Shown here one piece after another: positions 20,264-30,816 of a stretch of DNA of 45,519 nucleotides. Location of the stretch: NCBI GenBank assembly GCA_043778375.1, contig JAYWGH010000003.1, positions 1 through 45,519 on the forward strand, read 5' to 3'. Both the position numbers and the translations under genes were made by a program. Numbering within the stretch: the stretch's first letter is position 1; each line of letters begins with the position of its first letter. Origin of the DNA: a bacterium. Its GTDB lineage: Bacteria; Patescibacteriota; Gracilibacteria; BD1-5; UBA2023. A model generated the notes under the pieces. The model searched no databases, had not been told where the DNA came from, and saw only the letters and a list, made by a program, of their open reading frames with translations.

Positions 20264-20677
20264 CTATTTCTCCCCAACCATCTCTCGCATCTTTTCCTCG
20301 ATATTCGACTTCAGATAAAAGTACACTCCCGTGAGGATTTTTCGACGATTTGAGCTGATTTTCGCATCAGCGAGGGCATCTAGTCGGTCATCAAGATCAT
20401 CTCGCACTCGAGTCAGCGCGCGGATAGAGATCTTGTCATCCCCCTGTGCTGCTATCTCTATATTTGCATAGAGCTCATCCAAGACTCGATCAAGTCGTGA
20501 TCGATATGAGTCAATGATGAGTGAATTTACCTCTTCCACAGAACGCTGCTGGGCAGTAGTATTTGGTGCAGGGGCAACAGTCTTTTGAGGAGCTGTAGCA
20601 GCAGAGGCGCTACCAACAAATGCTCCCGCAAAAAATGCAAGAGAGCTCATACAGACAACGACAATGCGAATATACAT
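20264..20677 (-). CDS. Hypothetical secreted helical protein (137 aa)
   Basis: Signal-peptide-like N-terminus MYIRIVVVCMSSLAFFAGAFVGSASA, followed by charged, helix-prone sequence. TAG stop. I recognise no family. Confidence 0.5.
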   Translation of the reverse strand: MYIRIVVVCMSSLAFFAGAFVGSASAATAPQKTVAPAPNTTAQQRSVEEVNSLIIDSYRSRLDRVLDELYANIEIAAQGDDKISIRALTRVRDDLDDRLDALADAKISSNRRKILTGVYFYLKSNIEEKMREMVGEK

Positions 20678-20739
20678 ACACTATGTATACCGAAAAACCT
20701 TTGTCGGGCAAATCCGCGGGGTGAAAAATGCGTGAAGGC

Positions 20740-22077
20740 CTAGAGCACTCACTCTTCAAGAATAATCTTTAAGTGAAATCCTTTCCCTGTATCGCTCTCT
20801 ATAGCGACATGTCCATGATGATGCTTGGCAATTTTCTCGACGAGTGAGAGCCCGATACCTATTCCCTTATTTTTCCCTGCCACGCTTCGACCGGAGTCCT
20901 CCTGATAAAACTTTTCAGTCAAAAATGGTACTCGTGAGGCCTCAACACCACGTCCATCATCCTCACACTGGAGCGTTACGCGACCTTTTTGCTTTGAGAG
21001 ACGCACTGAGAGGGTTGTATGATCCCCAGCATACTTGATAAAGTTTGAGTAAACATTGTGTACCAGCTGTACAATGAGATCTCGCTCAAGTCGCACCTTA
21101 CACACAGCGTCTGCGAGAGTGATCACCTGGGCTGAGCGCGCAAGAAGTGGTGTGTACTCCTCTCTGAGGTCATCAAATATCTCACGCAGATCAAACTCGC
21201 TATACTGCGCCTCACGCTCCGAGAGCGCGACAATCTTTTCATACTGCATGATAGAGTCTGTAACCGAGAGTAGCCGATCGAGCTCACCCTGTACTATACC
21301 AAGTCCTCGTTCATCGAGCGCGACCACACCATCCTCTACTCCCTCCAGAAATACCTTGAGTGCTGTGATCGGAGTTTTTACCTCATGAGAAAAGTCAGAG
21401 AGAAAATCAGATCGTATTTTCTCCTGTTTTGAGAGACTGAGAGATAGAGTATTCACCGCTCGTACCAGTGGGGCAAACTCGTCTTCACGAGTATACTTTA
21501 CCTCACTATAATTACGAGACTCCGTGAGCTCATCCAGACGCCTAGAGAGTGCCTCTGTAGGCCTAAATATCACCTTCGTCCAGATAAAAGTAATCGTCAG
21601 AATCAACGATATAAGGGTGAGATTTACCCAAAAAAGTGTAGTAAATATCTTGATCAAAAAGTTACGCTCTGGACTCACTCCGCTAGAAAAAGCGGTAGAG
21701 AGAATATTCCCAATAAGCTGTGGGATTGAGAGGGCACTCACCCCCTGGGCTACCGGATTGCCTCATGTAGACTTTCGGAGTGACTCTGCCAGAGTTGCTG
21801 TCTTTTGTGTTTGGGAGAAGTCCTCGAGATTTTTCGTGAGATCTTTGAGATCAGTAAGCGTTTGCTTATACTCAGCGACTATGGCTGGATCGAGCTCTTT
21901 ACTCTCTATAAAAGCTCCGATGAGTGCTGTTTCATCTCCAGGGTTTTTCTCTCGCACTTCGTCCACATACTCAGCAAAATATCTCGGTGCATAGTAGAGG
22001 GTACTCCCAATATTTCCAGCAATCAGGAGAATGAGTGCTACCGCAAGAAACGAGATAAAACTCACTGAAAAGCGCAT
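20740..22077 (-). CDS. Two-component sensor histidine kinase (two TM segments, HisKA, HATPase_c)
   Basis: H-box FLSDFSHEVKTPITAL and ATPase motifs DDGRGV..GIGIGLSLV. Track ORFs 20749-21741 and 21763-22077 are in one frame, joined by TGA 21763. The N-terminal TM segment is MRFSVSFISFLAVALILLIAG. The apparent TGA stop at 20749 is read through to TAG at 20740. Confidence 0.85.
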
Positions 22078-22078
22078 G

Positions 22079-22744
22079 CTATCGAGCGTGAAGACGATAA
22101 CCCACCGCTCTGAGTGTCTCTATTTCGAGGTATGGCTCAAACTTCTTTCGGAGGTTCTTCATATGTGTATCAATGGTACGATCCGAAAGATACCGCTCGT
22201 ACCCGATGATTTCCTTCATGAGCGTATCCCTCCCCACAACATCTCCCACATGCGACATCAAGTGACAGAGGAGCTCAAACTCGGTTTTCGTGAGCTTGAT
22301 CTCTGCCCCATCTGCGAGTACGAGATATTTATCGAGCTGTACGACCACTCTCCCCACTGTGAGTATATTTGCTGGTGCGACAACAGGCGTTCGGGCAAAG
22401 TGTCTCGCAATACGTGCCATGAGCTCGCGAGCCGAAAATGGCTTTGCAATAAAGTCATCCGCTCCAAGCTCGAGAGAGGCAACACGATCGTCCTCTCAAA
22501 TACGAGCAGAGAGCACTAAAATTGGGCAATTCGACGCCTTACGCATGATTGGGAGTATCTCAAGACCTGATCGTATCGGGAGATTGAGATCCAAAATGAT
22601 GAGATCAGGTGTTTGCTTACGAAACTGGACCAAAGCCTGCTCACCATCTGGAGCAACAGTTACAGCATATCCGTCCCGCTCTATATACGCGGCAAGCATT
22701 TGAGAGATCGTTGTATCATCTTCTACGAGGAGGATATTGAGCAT
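22079..22744 (-). CDS. OmpR-family response regulator
   Basis: Receiver domain MLNILLVEDD..DLIILDLNLP, then GADDFIAKPF, then a winged-helix C-terminus LRAVGYRL. Two track pieces are in one frame, joined by TGA. The TAG stop abuts the kinase ATG. Confidence 0.88.
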
Positions 22745-22754
22745 AGGAGGAGCC

Positions 22755-23876
22755 TTAGGGAGTAGAGCGCGAATTGCGACGTACAGTTTGTGCTTTTACC
22801 ACTGGCGCTATCGTGTATATAGCCTTTATACTCGCAAGTACCGGAAGAGTCACAAGTACCCCTGGTATACCAAAGAGGCTTCCAGCAAGAGCCATCCAAA
22901 ATATTACTTCAAAATCTGAAAGCTTGAGATTGGAGCCATGTATACGAGGAATGAGCACAAAGCCCTCTATTTGCTGTATAAAAATGTACGCAATAAGTAC
23001 AATGGTCATATCGCCAATCCCTCCTCCTGCAGCACTCAGAATAGCTGGGAGTGCTGCGATAATAGGTCCTATTATTGGTACAAAAGTACAAAGCCCAGCA
23101 ATAAATGCAAGACTCCAAATATGATCTACAGATACTCAAGAGAGCTTGAGGAGTGAGAGTACTAGAAGTGTAACACTAAACATCGCAACCGCCATCATAC
23201 CCTGTCCCTTCCACCACTTCGTAAGGACATGCTCAATACTCTGCGTCTGAGCTCCTGAAAGCATATGTCACTTCCCTAAGAGACGGATAGCGATATTAAA
23301 AAGTTTTTCTCGCTCTGGAGCTGCAAATATATAAAAAATAATAGTGAGCCCAACCCCCTGAATCGAATTAAAGACTCCAAGAAATCCAGAAAATACTCCT
23401 CCCGCCGCATTTTTAGTAATCTCTCCCAGAGGAGCGACAATACTCCCGAGATGGGAGAGAACGAAAGTACTCAGAGAAGAAATCTCTCCAGTAAATCCAA
23501 GTTTTCCAAGAAGACTACCAGAAAAATGTCTTGAAATCAGACTCGGATCAGCGATCGCTGCCTGCGAGAAATCTATAAATACTTTCATATAGCGCTGTAT
23601 TTCCCTGAATGCGTCAGCAAATACCGGCAATATTCCTACTACAAAGAGGGCGAGTACGATGATCACTCCGAGAAGTACAAAGATAGGGGAAATATACTTC
23701 GGTATCTTGTACCTTTCTAAGCCTGCCAAGAGTGGACTCGTAAGGACAATAGCAATCCCCACCCAGAGGAGAGACAAAAGTACATCTTGAGCTACATACA
23801 CAAGCGTGAGTCCTGCAGCTACTAGGAGTAAAATTCCAATCTTTTGAACAAAATCTGCGTGAGAGGAATATTTCAT
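22755..23876 (-). CDS. AI-2E family transporter (PerM/UPF0118)
   Basis: Polytopic membrane protein with FVPIIGPIIAALP and QQIEGFVLIPRI. I translated 23010-23267 codon by codon: it is continuous, with only TGA codons (23136, 23268) between the track pieces. Confidence 0.8.
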
Positions 23877-23879
23877 ATT

Positions 23880-26501
23880 TTATTGATCAAGACTGGTCTC
23901 CTGAGAGTCGGGAGCTTCTTCATCTTCTGCCTTTGCCATAATAGTCATCCCCTTGAATGCGTCTTTTTTGTCCTTGAGCTTAGCGAGGATAACGCCCTGC
24001 GTAACGCGGCTCGTAATGCGAATAGTCCCGAGTGGTACTCGTACGGTCTGTCCTGAGCGGGATATGAGGATCACTTCTCCCTCTTTACGCACCGTCTCGT
24101 CGATGAGATGTACTCCGATGATATCTCCCATCTTCTCGGTCATCGAGCCAGCCTTTACTCCTGAGCCACCTCGTCCCTGCTCTCGGTAGTCATCGATATC
24201 TGAGAGCTTCCCCATTCCATTTTCAGTAACAGTAAACACATACTTTGCACCTTCATCGACTATATCTGCCTCAACGACACTATCATCAGCTGCAATCTTC
24301 ATCCCACGGACTCCAGCAGCCGCTCGTCCCATCACTCGCACATCGGACTCGGAGAATTGTATTGCCTTCCCTTTGCGAGAAACCATGAGAATCTTGTCCT
24401 CACCATGCGTACACTTTACCCATCCGAGCTCATCCCCATCTTTAGGCTTCATCACTATGAGTCCCGAAGCGCGGATATTGGCGAGCTCATCAAAATCTAC
24501 TCGTTTTACGATCGCCTTTTTAGAAATGAGCGCAAAGTGTTTTCCGCTCGCAGCCGTAATATCGAGAATCGCCTCAATCTGCTCGTCTTTGGCGAGAGAT
24601 ACGAAGTTAATGATCGGTTGCCCCTTAGCAGTTCGCTGCGCCTCAGGAATCTCGTAGGCTGGGAGCCTAAAAACTCGTCCCGTATTCGTAAAGAATAAGA
24701 GATCATTGTGATTTTGGGTCGAGAGAAGGAGTTTTACCTCATCCTCATCCTTGACCGCTGTATTCACCCCCTTTCCACCTCGCCGCTGCGTCCGAAAAGA
24801 TGAGGACTTAATCCGCTTGATGTACGAGTTTTGAGAGAGTGTGATCACGACCTCCTCATTTGGGATCGTATCTTTTGGAGACCATTCACCAACTCCTCAG
24901 GCTTGTACCTCTGTGCGTCTCGCGTCTCCGTACTTATCCTTGATCTCCGCGAGCTCCTCCGAGACGATCACTCGTACTCGCTCAGGCTTTGCGAGAATAT
25001 CCTCAAGATCTGCGATCAAAAGGAGCTTTTCCGCGAGCTCGTCCTCGATCTTTTTACGCTCAAGTCCCGCAAGTCTCTGGAGTTGCATCTCAAGAATCGC
25101 GTCAGTCTGTCGATCTGAAAGGCTGAAACTCGTCATGAGATTCGTCTTCGCCTCTTCTTTGGTCGATGAGGCACGGATCATCTTGATAACCGCATCGATG
25201 TTATCGAGTGCGATCTTGAGTCCCTCGAGTATGTGCGCGCGTGCTCGAGCTATCCCAAGCTCATAGTTGGTGCGACGAGTCACCACCTCTCGACGGTGCT
25301 CGATAAACTCCTCGAGGATCTCGACGAGATTAAAGAGTTTTGGCTGCATCCCACGGTCATGGAGGGCAATCATGTTATACCCAAAACTCGTCTGGAGAGG
25401 GGTGAGCTTGTAGAGTTGATTGAGGATCTTTTTTGGAAAGGCATCTTTTTTGAGCTCAATGACGACTCGTACTCCCTCTTTATTAGACTCATCTCGCAAG
25501 TCTGATATACCGATAATGATCTTTTCTTGTACGAGCTCGGCGATCTTTTCGATAAAGGTCTTCTTATTGAGCTGGTACGGGATCTCCGTAATGAGGATCA
25601 CTTTCTTGCCGTTTTTAAGCTCGTCGATCTCGGCGCGTCCTCGAATAATGATGGATCCTCGACCCGTAGCGTACGCAGTGGCGATATCCTTTTGATTGTA
25701 GATAATTCCTCCGGTCGGAAAATCTGGCCCCTTGATAAAATGTAGAAGATCATCAACGGTGATACTGCTCGCGTCAGCACTCCCAAGCATAAACTGAAGA
25801 GCATCTATGACCTCGCTGAGATTGTGTGGAGGGATATTCGTCGCCATACCAACCGCGATACCCACTGATCCGTTGAGAAGGAGGTTTGGAACTCGTGTCG
25901 GGAGAACCGTCGGCTCTTTGGTGGAGGCGTCGTAGTTATCTCGCCAGTCAACCGTATCCTTGTCCATATCGGCGAGCATGAGCTCTCAGAGCTTTGCCAT
26001 CTTGACCTCTGTATATCGCATTGCAGCGGCTCCATCTCCATCCATCGATCCAAAGTTTCCCTGCCCATCTACGAGCATATACCGCATCGAAAAGTCCTGT
26101 GCCATACGCACCATAGCATCATATACCGAGGTATCTCCGTGTGGGTGATACTTACCAAGGACATCTCCAACAACACGAGCAGACTTACGGTGTTTACCAG
26201 TAGCTCGCACTCCACCATCATACATGGCGTAGAGAATACGGCGATGTACGGGCTTGAGTCCATCACGAATGTCCGGGAGTGCTCGCATGACGATAACGCT
26301 CATTGCGTAGTCGAGATAACAGTTCTCCATTTCCTCTACAATCGATCGGTCCGAGTCACCTTCATAGGTGATACCCAGCGGGAGATCAAGTGTAGTAGTT
26401 GAGGAAGCTGTTTCTTCAGCAGAAGACTCCTCTCCAGATGGGGCATCGGAGGCTTCAGGGAGATCGAGCGGGAGCTCAGTATTGTCGGATTCTGGAGACA
26501 T
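23880..26501 (-). CDS. gyrA: DNA gyrase subunit A
   Basis: [27 protein letters not shown] (catalytic Tyr) and C-terminal beta-pinwheel repeats. Three track pieces (23880-24848, 24897-25979, 25986-26501) lie in a single frame. The N-terminus carries a roughly 50-aa acidic extension. Confidence 0.95.
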
Positions 26502-26527
26502 AAAAAAAGACCGGAAATTAGGCTTTT

Positions 26528-26555
26528 AGTATAGGAAAAATACAGGATTTTGCAA
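26528..26555 (-). promoter_or_regulatory. Candidate promoter for gyrA
   Basis: The minus strand reads TTGCAA (26555-26550), a 16-nt spacer, then TATACT (26533-26528), 26 nt upstream of the gyrA ATG. Confidence 0.35.
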
Positions 26556-26628
26556 AGCAATTGACGGCGTATTCTCCTCGCAATTTCTCGGTTATTCACT
26601 ACTATATGGATATAACTTTTACAAATCT

Positions 26629-27297
26629 ATGGCTCAAGCAAAATTCATCGTTATCGAGGGGGTAGACGGTTCCGGGAAAGGCACTCAAGTAGAGCTCCTC
26701 CGAGCTCTCTATGAGTCACAAGGGAAGAAAGTAGGGATGCTTGATTTCCCAAGGTATAAAGAGCAGTCAGGATTTATGGTGAGTAAGTATCTCAATGGTG
26801 AGTATGGCTCACTCGCCGAAATAGGTCCAGAGCTCGGGAGTATGTTCTACGCAATCGACCGTTTTGACGCAAAAAAAGAAGCCCTTCATCTCCTCGCTAC
26901 CTGTGACATTGTCATTGCAAACCGGTATGTGAGCTCAAATATGATCCATCAAGCGACTAAGATGGACAGCTATGAAAAGATTGATGCGTACCTCTCGTGG
27001 ATCTACCATCTCGAGTTTAGTGTATTTGGTATTCCAAAGCCTGATCTCGTCATATATCTCAAGATCTCACCCACTACGTCCCATCGCCTCATTGCACAAA
27101 AAGCTCAGCGCGAATACATCCAAGGTGGGAAGAATATCGATCTCCATGAAGGGAGTTCACAGCACATCAAGTGGGCAATCCAGATTGCTGAGTATGTAGC
27201 GGCTCAGTATACCAACTGGAATGTTATAGAATGCGAGCAAGATGGGGAGATGCTCCCTCGAGAAGTAATCACTGCCCAAATTGCTGCGTGCATATAG
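26629..27297 (+). CDS. tmk: Thymidylate kinase
   Basis: FIVIEGVDGSGKGTQ (P-loop) and the DRY-like region ANRYVSSN; 222 aa with a TAG stop. Confidence 0.9.
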   Translation: MAQAKFIVIEGVDGSGKGTQVELLRALYESQGKKVGMLDFPRYKEQSGFMVSKYLNGEYGSLAEIGPELGSMFYAIDRFDAKKEALHLLATCDIVIANRYVSSNMIHQATKMDSYEKIDAYLSWIYHLEFSVFGIPKPDLVIYLKISPTTSHRLIAQKAQREYIQGGKNIDLHEGSSQHIKWAIQIAEYVAAQYTNWNVIECEQDGEMLPREVITAQIAACI

Positions 27298-27309
27298 TCT
27301 CGAGTAAGT

Positions 27310-27341
27310 AAAAATTCCCCCGATACATCGGGGGAATTTTT
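27310..27341. terminator. Bidirectional rho-independent terminator between tmk (+) and the pilin-like gene (-)
   Basis: AATTCCCCCG-ATACAT-CGGGGGAATT (10-bp stem), flanked by an A-run on one side and a T-run on the other. Confidence 0.75.
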
Positions 27342-27352
27342 ATGTAAGTATT

Positions 27353-27769
27353 CTAAAATGAGTCAAAGTTTGCGTCAATCTTTGGAGTTCCAGTCCTACT
27401 AATGCCTGATTCTCAACCACTCCCGAAAAACTTTGTTGATAGGCTCTGAATAGTCGAAAATATTTCTTTTGGGTCAACATACTTACTCACGCTCATACCC
27501 ATGATATCACCGATCTTTGGGATCACAAAGAGAGAGACGATTATCACTATTACTCCTATTACAGCGAAGCGAATAGAATTCACTGCAGGCTTTACTTTTT
27601 CATCCTTACCACCAGAGAGAATGAGCATGACTCCTCACCAAATGATAAACAATACTGCCATAAACCCCGATACAAGCACTACTAGAGCTATACCGACTCT
27701 GACAATATCTGTGAGCTCATACGATTGGTTAATGAGATCAGGGCCACTCGCGAATGCAATATCAAACAT
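27353..27769 (-). CDS. Small two-TM membrane protein, TrbC/VirB2-like (T4SS-pilin-like) family common in CPR genomes
   Basis: VGIALVVLVSGFMAVLFIIW(G)GVMLILSGGKDEKVKPAVNSIRFAVIGVIVIIVSLFV matches the remembered pattern TM-GG..y..SgG..ek...ak..i..aiiGl.i. Under code 25 the track ORF extends at both ends (TGA at 27635-27637 and 27413-27415), giving ATG 27769 and TAG 27353. Confidence 0.5.
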
Positions 27770-27847
27770 AAAAGGAAAGTTTACTGAGAGAGTACCTTCA
27801 GATGCTCAGAAGTAAAGAAAAAAGGCCCATATTGGCCTAGATTGCTG

Positions 27848-28099
27848 TTATGCTTCCTCGTCTTCTTCGAGGAGCTTAAGATTGAGACGAGCAGCTGTTT
27901 TCCCTCCAAACACTCGGAGGAGGGTTCGAATTGAAGACACTGTTTGTCCTCCTCTGCCTATCACTGTCTTCATATCCTCTTTGTCAACTCTCATACTAAT
28001 GAGTGTACCTAGCTCATCGTCTCTCACCTCAAGTACGAGTGACTCAGGTAAAGAGAGAAGTGGAATTACAAGAGTACGTACGTAATCGACTGGTGTCAT
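27848..28099 (-). CDS. KH-domain RNA-binding protein (YlqC/UPF0109-like)
   Basis: DMKTVIGRGGQTVSSIRTLL (GxxG KH motif), and its position directly after rpsP. Confidence 0.85.
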   Translation of the reverse strand: MTPVDYVRTLVIPLLSLPESLVLEVRDDELGTLISMRVDKEDMKTVIGRGGQTVSSIRTLLRVFGGKTAARLNLKLLEEDEEA

Positions 28100-28326
28100 T
28101 ACGCTACTCTCTTAAGAACTTTTGCAAGAGTGTCAGAGTACTGAGCTCCATTTGCTACATGCTTTGCCGCCTCAACAGCATCAAACTCGAGGGCTTTTGT
28201 GACAGGATTGTAGTGACCGAGAACCTTAATGTATCCATGCTTCGCCGCCTGAGTATGTTCAGTAAGAACAATACGGTAGAGAGGTACATGTTTTCGTCCC
28301 ACACGGGAGAGTCGAATCTTAAGCAT
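28099..28326 (-). CDS. rpsP: 30S ribosomal protein S16
   Basis: MLKIRLSRVGRKHVPLYRIVL. The N-terminal part of the track ORF is rejected because it overlaps tRNA-Leu. Confidence 0.93.
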   Translation of the reverse strand: MLKIRLSRVGRKHVPLYRIVLTEHTQAAKHGYIKVLGHYNPVTKALEFDAVEAAKHVANGAQYSDTLAKVLKRVA

Positions 28327-28361
28327 AATTGAAATATAAATTTGAGTCTTTGAGTATATTT

Positions 28362-28445
28362 TGGTGCCCCGAATGGGAATTGAACCCATACTCCCGAGGG
28401 AACAGGATTTTAAGTCCTGCGTGTCTACCATTCCACCATCGGGGC
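28362..28445 (-). tRNA. tRNA-Leu (anticodon UAA), long variable arm, CCA encoded
   Basis: Reverse complement reads GCCCCGATGGTGGAATGGTAGACACGCAGGACTTAAAATCCTGTTCCCTCGGGAGTATGGGTTCAATTCCCATTCGGGGCACCA. The anticodon loop is C-U-UAA-A-A. Confidence 0.9.
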
Positions 28446-28462
28446 GGTAGAGGGAAGAGCCC

Positions 28463-28660
28463 CTAAAGAATTCCTTTCTTCTTGAGTGTCTTGATCGCTT
28501 TCGCAGAAAGTCGAAGTCGCAGAGTCACTCCAGACTCGGGATCTTTTACATTTCTCCAAAAGAGATTTGGATAAAATTTACGCTTCGTTCGACGAACGGA
28601 GTGAGAAACATTATTTCCAACGGCGGTGCGCTTGCCGGTAAGCATACATACTCTGGACAT
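28463..28660 (-). CDS. rpmB: 50S ribosomal protein L28
   Basis: [33 protein letters not shown]. Confidence 0.93.
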   Translation of the reverse strand: MSRVCMLTGKRTAVGNNVSHSVRRTKRKFYPNLFWRNVKDPESGVTLRLRLSAKAIKTLKKKGIL

Positions 28661-28662
28661 AT

Positions 28663-28980
28663 TTAGGCGATCTTAATATCTACTCCCACTCCTGATGGGA
28701 TATTTACTGTTTGTAGGAGCTCCAAGGTCTTTGAAGTCGGTTCTTTGATATCGATAATTCGCTTGTGACGTCGAATCTCAAATTGCTCTCGAGCATTCTT
28801 GTTAACGAACGTAGATCGATTGAGGGTGATCCACTCAATCTTCGTTGGAAGAGGGATAGGACCAACCACAACAGCTCCAGAGTCTTTGGCAGTCGCAACA
28901 ATTTTCTTAACCGCCTCATCAATGAGCTTATGCTCAAACGACCGTACGGTAATTCGGATATTTCCCTTCGTAGAAGACAT
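28663..28980 (-). CDS. rpsJ: 30S ribosomal protein S10
   Basis: [21 protein letters not shown] and [28 protein letters not shown]. Confidence 0.96.
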   Translation of the reverse strand: MSSTKGNIRITVRSFEHKLIDEAVKKIVATAKDSGAVVVGPIPLPTKIEWITLNRSTFVNKNAREQFEIRRHKRIIDIKEPTSKTLELLQTVNIPSGVGVDIKIA

Positions 28981-29041
28981 GATGTATAAAAGATAAGGTC
29001 TTGATCATAAGGGTGACCAAAGTCCCCCTTACTCAAAGATA

Positions 29042-30235
29042 TTACTTGATAACCTTTGCAACAACTCCTGAACCTACCGTTCGTCCACCCTCTCGGATAG
29101 CGAATCTAAGTCCCTGATCCATCGCGATTGGCTGACCAAGCTCGATAGTCATCTTGATGTTATCTCCAGGCATTACCATCTCTACTCCTGCAGGAAGCTC
29201 AATTGCTCCTGTAACGTCCGTAGTTCGGAAGTAGAACTGAGGCTTGTACCCCTTGAAGAATGGAGTGTGTCGTCCACCTTCGTCCTTTGTAAGAACGTAT
29301 ACCTCTGCCTCAAACTGAGTATGTGGCTTGATAGATCCTGGCTTAGAGAGAACTTGTCCTCGCTCAACCTGCTCTCGCTCAATACCTCGAAGGAGAAGTC
29401 CTGCATTGTCTCCAGCCTGACCTTGGTCAAGAAGCTTGTGGAACATCTCAACTCCAGTAACAGTAGTCGTCTGTGTATCGTGGAGTCCAACGATCTCAAT
29501 AGTATCACCTACCTTGATGATTCCTTGCTCAATCTTTCCAGTTACTACTGTACCTCGTCCCTTGATAGAAAACACGTCCTCAACTGGCATGATGAATGGC
29601 TTGTCGAGAGCTCGCTCAGGAAGTGGTACGTATGACTCGAGGGCTGTAAAAAGCTCAAGAATACATTTTGCTCCGTAAGGCTTTTCAAAGTCAGTAGGAT
29701 TTTCGAGTGCAACGAGACCAGAACCTCGGATAACAGGAGTATCATCACCAGGAAAGTCATACTTTGAGAGAAGATCGCGGATCTCAAACTCTACGAGATC
29801 AAGCATCTCTGTATCATCTACCATGTCACACTTGTTCATGAACACAACGATGTAAGGAACACCTACCTGACGAGCAAGAAGGATGTGCTCTCGAGTCTGT
29901 GCCATAGGTCCGTCTGTTGCAGCAACGATCAAGATCGCAGCGTCCATCTGTGCAGCTCCGGTAATCATATTTTTTACGTAGTCAGCATGCCCTGGACAGT
30001 CGACGTGTGCGTAATGACGGACATCTGTTGCGTACTCGATGTGAGCAGTGTTGATAGTAATACCTCGCGCCTTCTCCTCTGGAGCTGCGTCAATCTGGTC
30101 AAATGCAAATACATCTCCTCCAAATTTCTTTGAGAGTACAAGACTAATTGCTGCAGTAGTAGTAGTTTTACCGTGGTCTACGTGACCAATGGTTCCAACA
30201 TTCAAATGTGGTTTTGAACGATCGTAAGTTGCCAT
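29042..30235 (-). CDS. tuf: Elongation factor Tu
   Basis: [17 protein letters not shown] and NKCD; 397 aa with no internal TGA. Confidence 0.98.
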   Translation of the reverse strand: MATYDRSKPHLNVGTIGHVDHGKTTTTAAISLVLSKKFGGDVFAFDQIDAAPEEKARGITINTAHIEYATDVRHYAHVDCPGHADYVKNMITGAAQMDAAILIVAATDGPMAQTREHILLARQVGVPYIVVFMNKCDMVDDTEMLDLVEFEIRDLLSKYDFPGDDTPVIRGSGLVALENPTDFEKPYGAKCILELFTALESYVPLPERALDKPFIMPVEDVFSIKGRGTVVTGKIEQGIIKVGDTIEIVGLHDTQTTTVTGVEMFHKLLDQGQAGDNAGLLLRGIEREQVERGQVLSKPGSIKPHTQFEAEVYVLTKDEGGRHTPFFKGYKPQFYFRTTDVTGAIELPAGVEMVMPGDNIKMTIELGQPIAMDQGLRFAIREGGRTVGSGVVAKVIK

Positions 30236-30295
30236 AATAGGGTGAAAGTTATGTAAAGTGGATATATTTTAGCGAAAACGCAGTTTTTACAAAAA

Positions 30296-30385
30296 TTACT
30301 TTTGCTTGGTTTTACGCATTTTTTTAGTAATTCGCTCCATAGCTCGTTTAATTTTTCGGTGAGCGTGAGTGGTGAGTCGTGCCAT
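30296..30385 (-). CDS. Hypothetical 29-aa highly basic peptide
   Basis: ATG..TAA ORF MARLTTHAHRKIKRAMERITKKMRKTKQK, starting 1 nt after the stop of the preceding small ORF. Coding status is uncertain. Confidence 0.25.
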   Translation of the reverse strand: MARLTTHAHRKIKRAMERITKKMRKTKQK

Positions 30386-30386
30386 G

Positions 30387-30599
30387 TTAAATCTTGTTAG
30401 AGTTAATCGAATATTTTTTGAATTTCTTCATTACAAATTCGAGTGCGTTCGTGAGCCAAAGAGTTTCCCCTTCAAAAGCGATACGAGCTTGAAGTTTTTT
30501 GAAATGCAAAATAGCATTTTCGATTTTCTTTCCAGACTTTCTCCCCTTTCGGTTGACGGAGTAGTTATCCTGACGCGGGCGCTTGTTGCGGAGTCCCAT
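30387..30599 (-). CDS. Hypothetical 70-aa basic protein, weakly reminiscent of ribosomal protein bS21
   Basis: KIENAILHFKKLQAR resembles the S21 core motif (D/E)xAL(R)RFKK..AR. Located between the tRNA-Ala gene and tuf. The assignment is speculative. Confidence 0.3.
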   Translation of the reverse strand: MGLRNKRPRQDNYSVNRKGRKSGKKIENAILHFKKLQARIAFEGETLWLTNALEFVMKKFKKYSINSNKI

Positions 30600-30685
30600 A
30601 GAGTAAATTACTAAGAAGTGACAGATACAGCAAAAATCTTGAGGATCCGTCTATTGAGGGATCTTGAGGAAAATGCGTGAATGAA

Positions 30686-30762
30686 TGGTGGAGCCTAAGA
30701 GAGTCGAACTCTTGACCTCCTGCGTGCAAAACAGGCGCTCTAGCCAACTGAGCTAAGGCCCC
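30686..30762 (-). tRNA. tRNA-Ala (anticodon UGC), CCA encoded
   Basis: Reverse complement reads GGGGCCTTAGCTCAGTTGGCTAGAGCGCCTGTTTTGCACGCAGGAGGTCAAGAGTTCGACTCTCTTAGGCTCCACCA. The G3:U70 identity pair is present and the anticodon loop is U-U-UGC-A-C. Confidence 0.92.
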
Positions 30763-30816
30763 AGACTTGCGAGTGAGCGAGGCTCAATCACAAGATGTTT
30801 TTGTTAAGTTTGTTTT

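Noticed and set aside
23880-26501. Possible intein or insertion splitting gyrA into three ORFs.
   Set aside because: The gaps between the pieces are only a few codons (24849-24896 and 25980-25985) and are in frame. There is no extra domain-sized sequence, so the breaks are simply TGA codons.
28327-28431. N-terminal extension of the rpsP ORF (MVDTQDLKSC...).
   Set aside because: It overlaps the tRNA-Leu gene. S16 begins with the conserved MLKIRLSR at ATG 28326.
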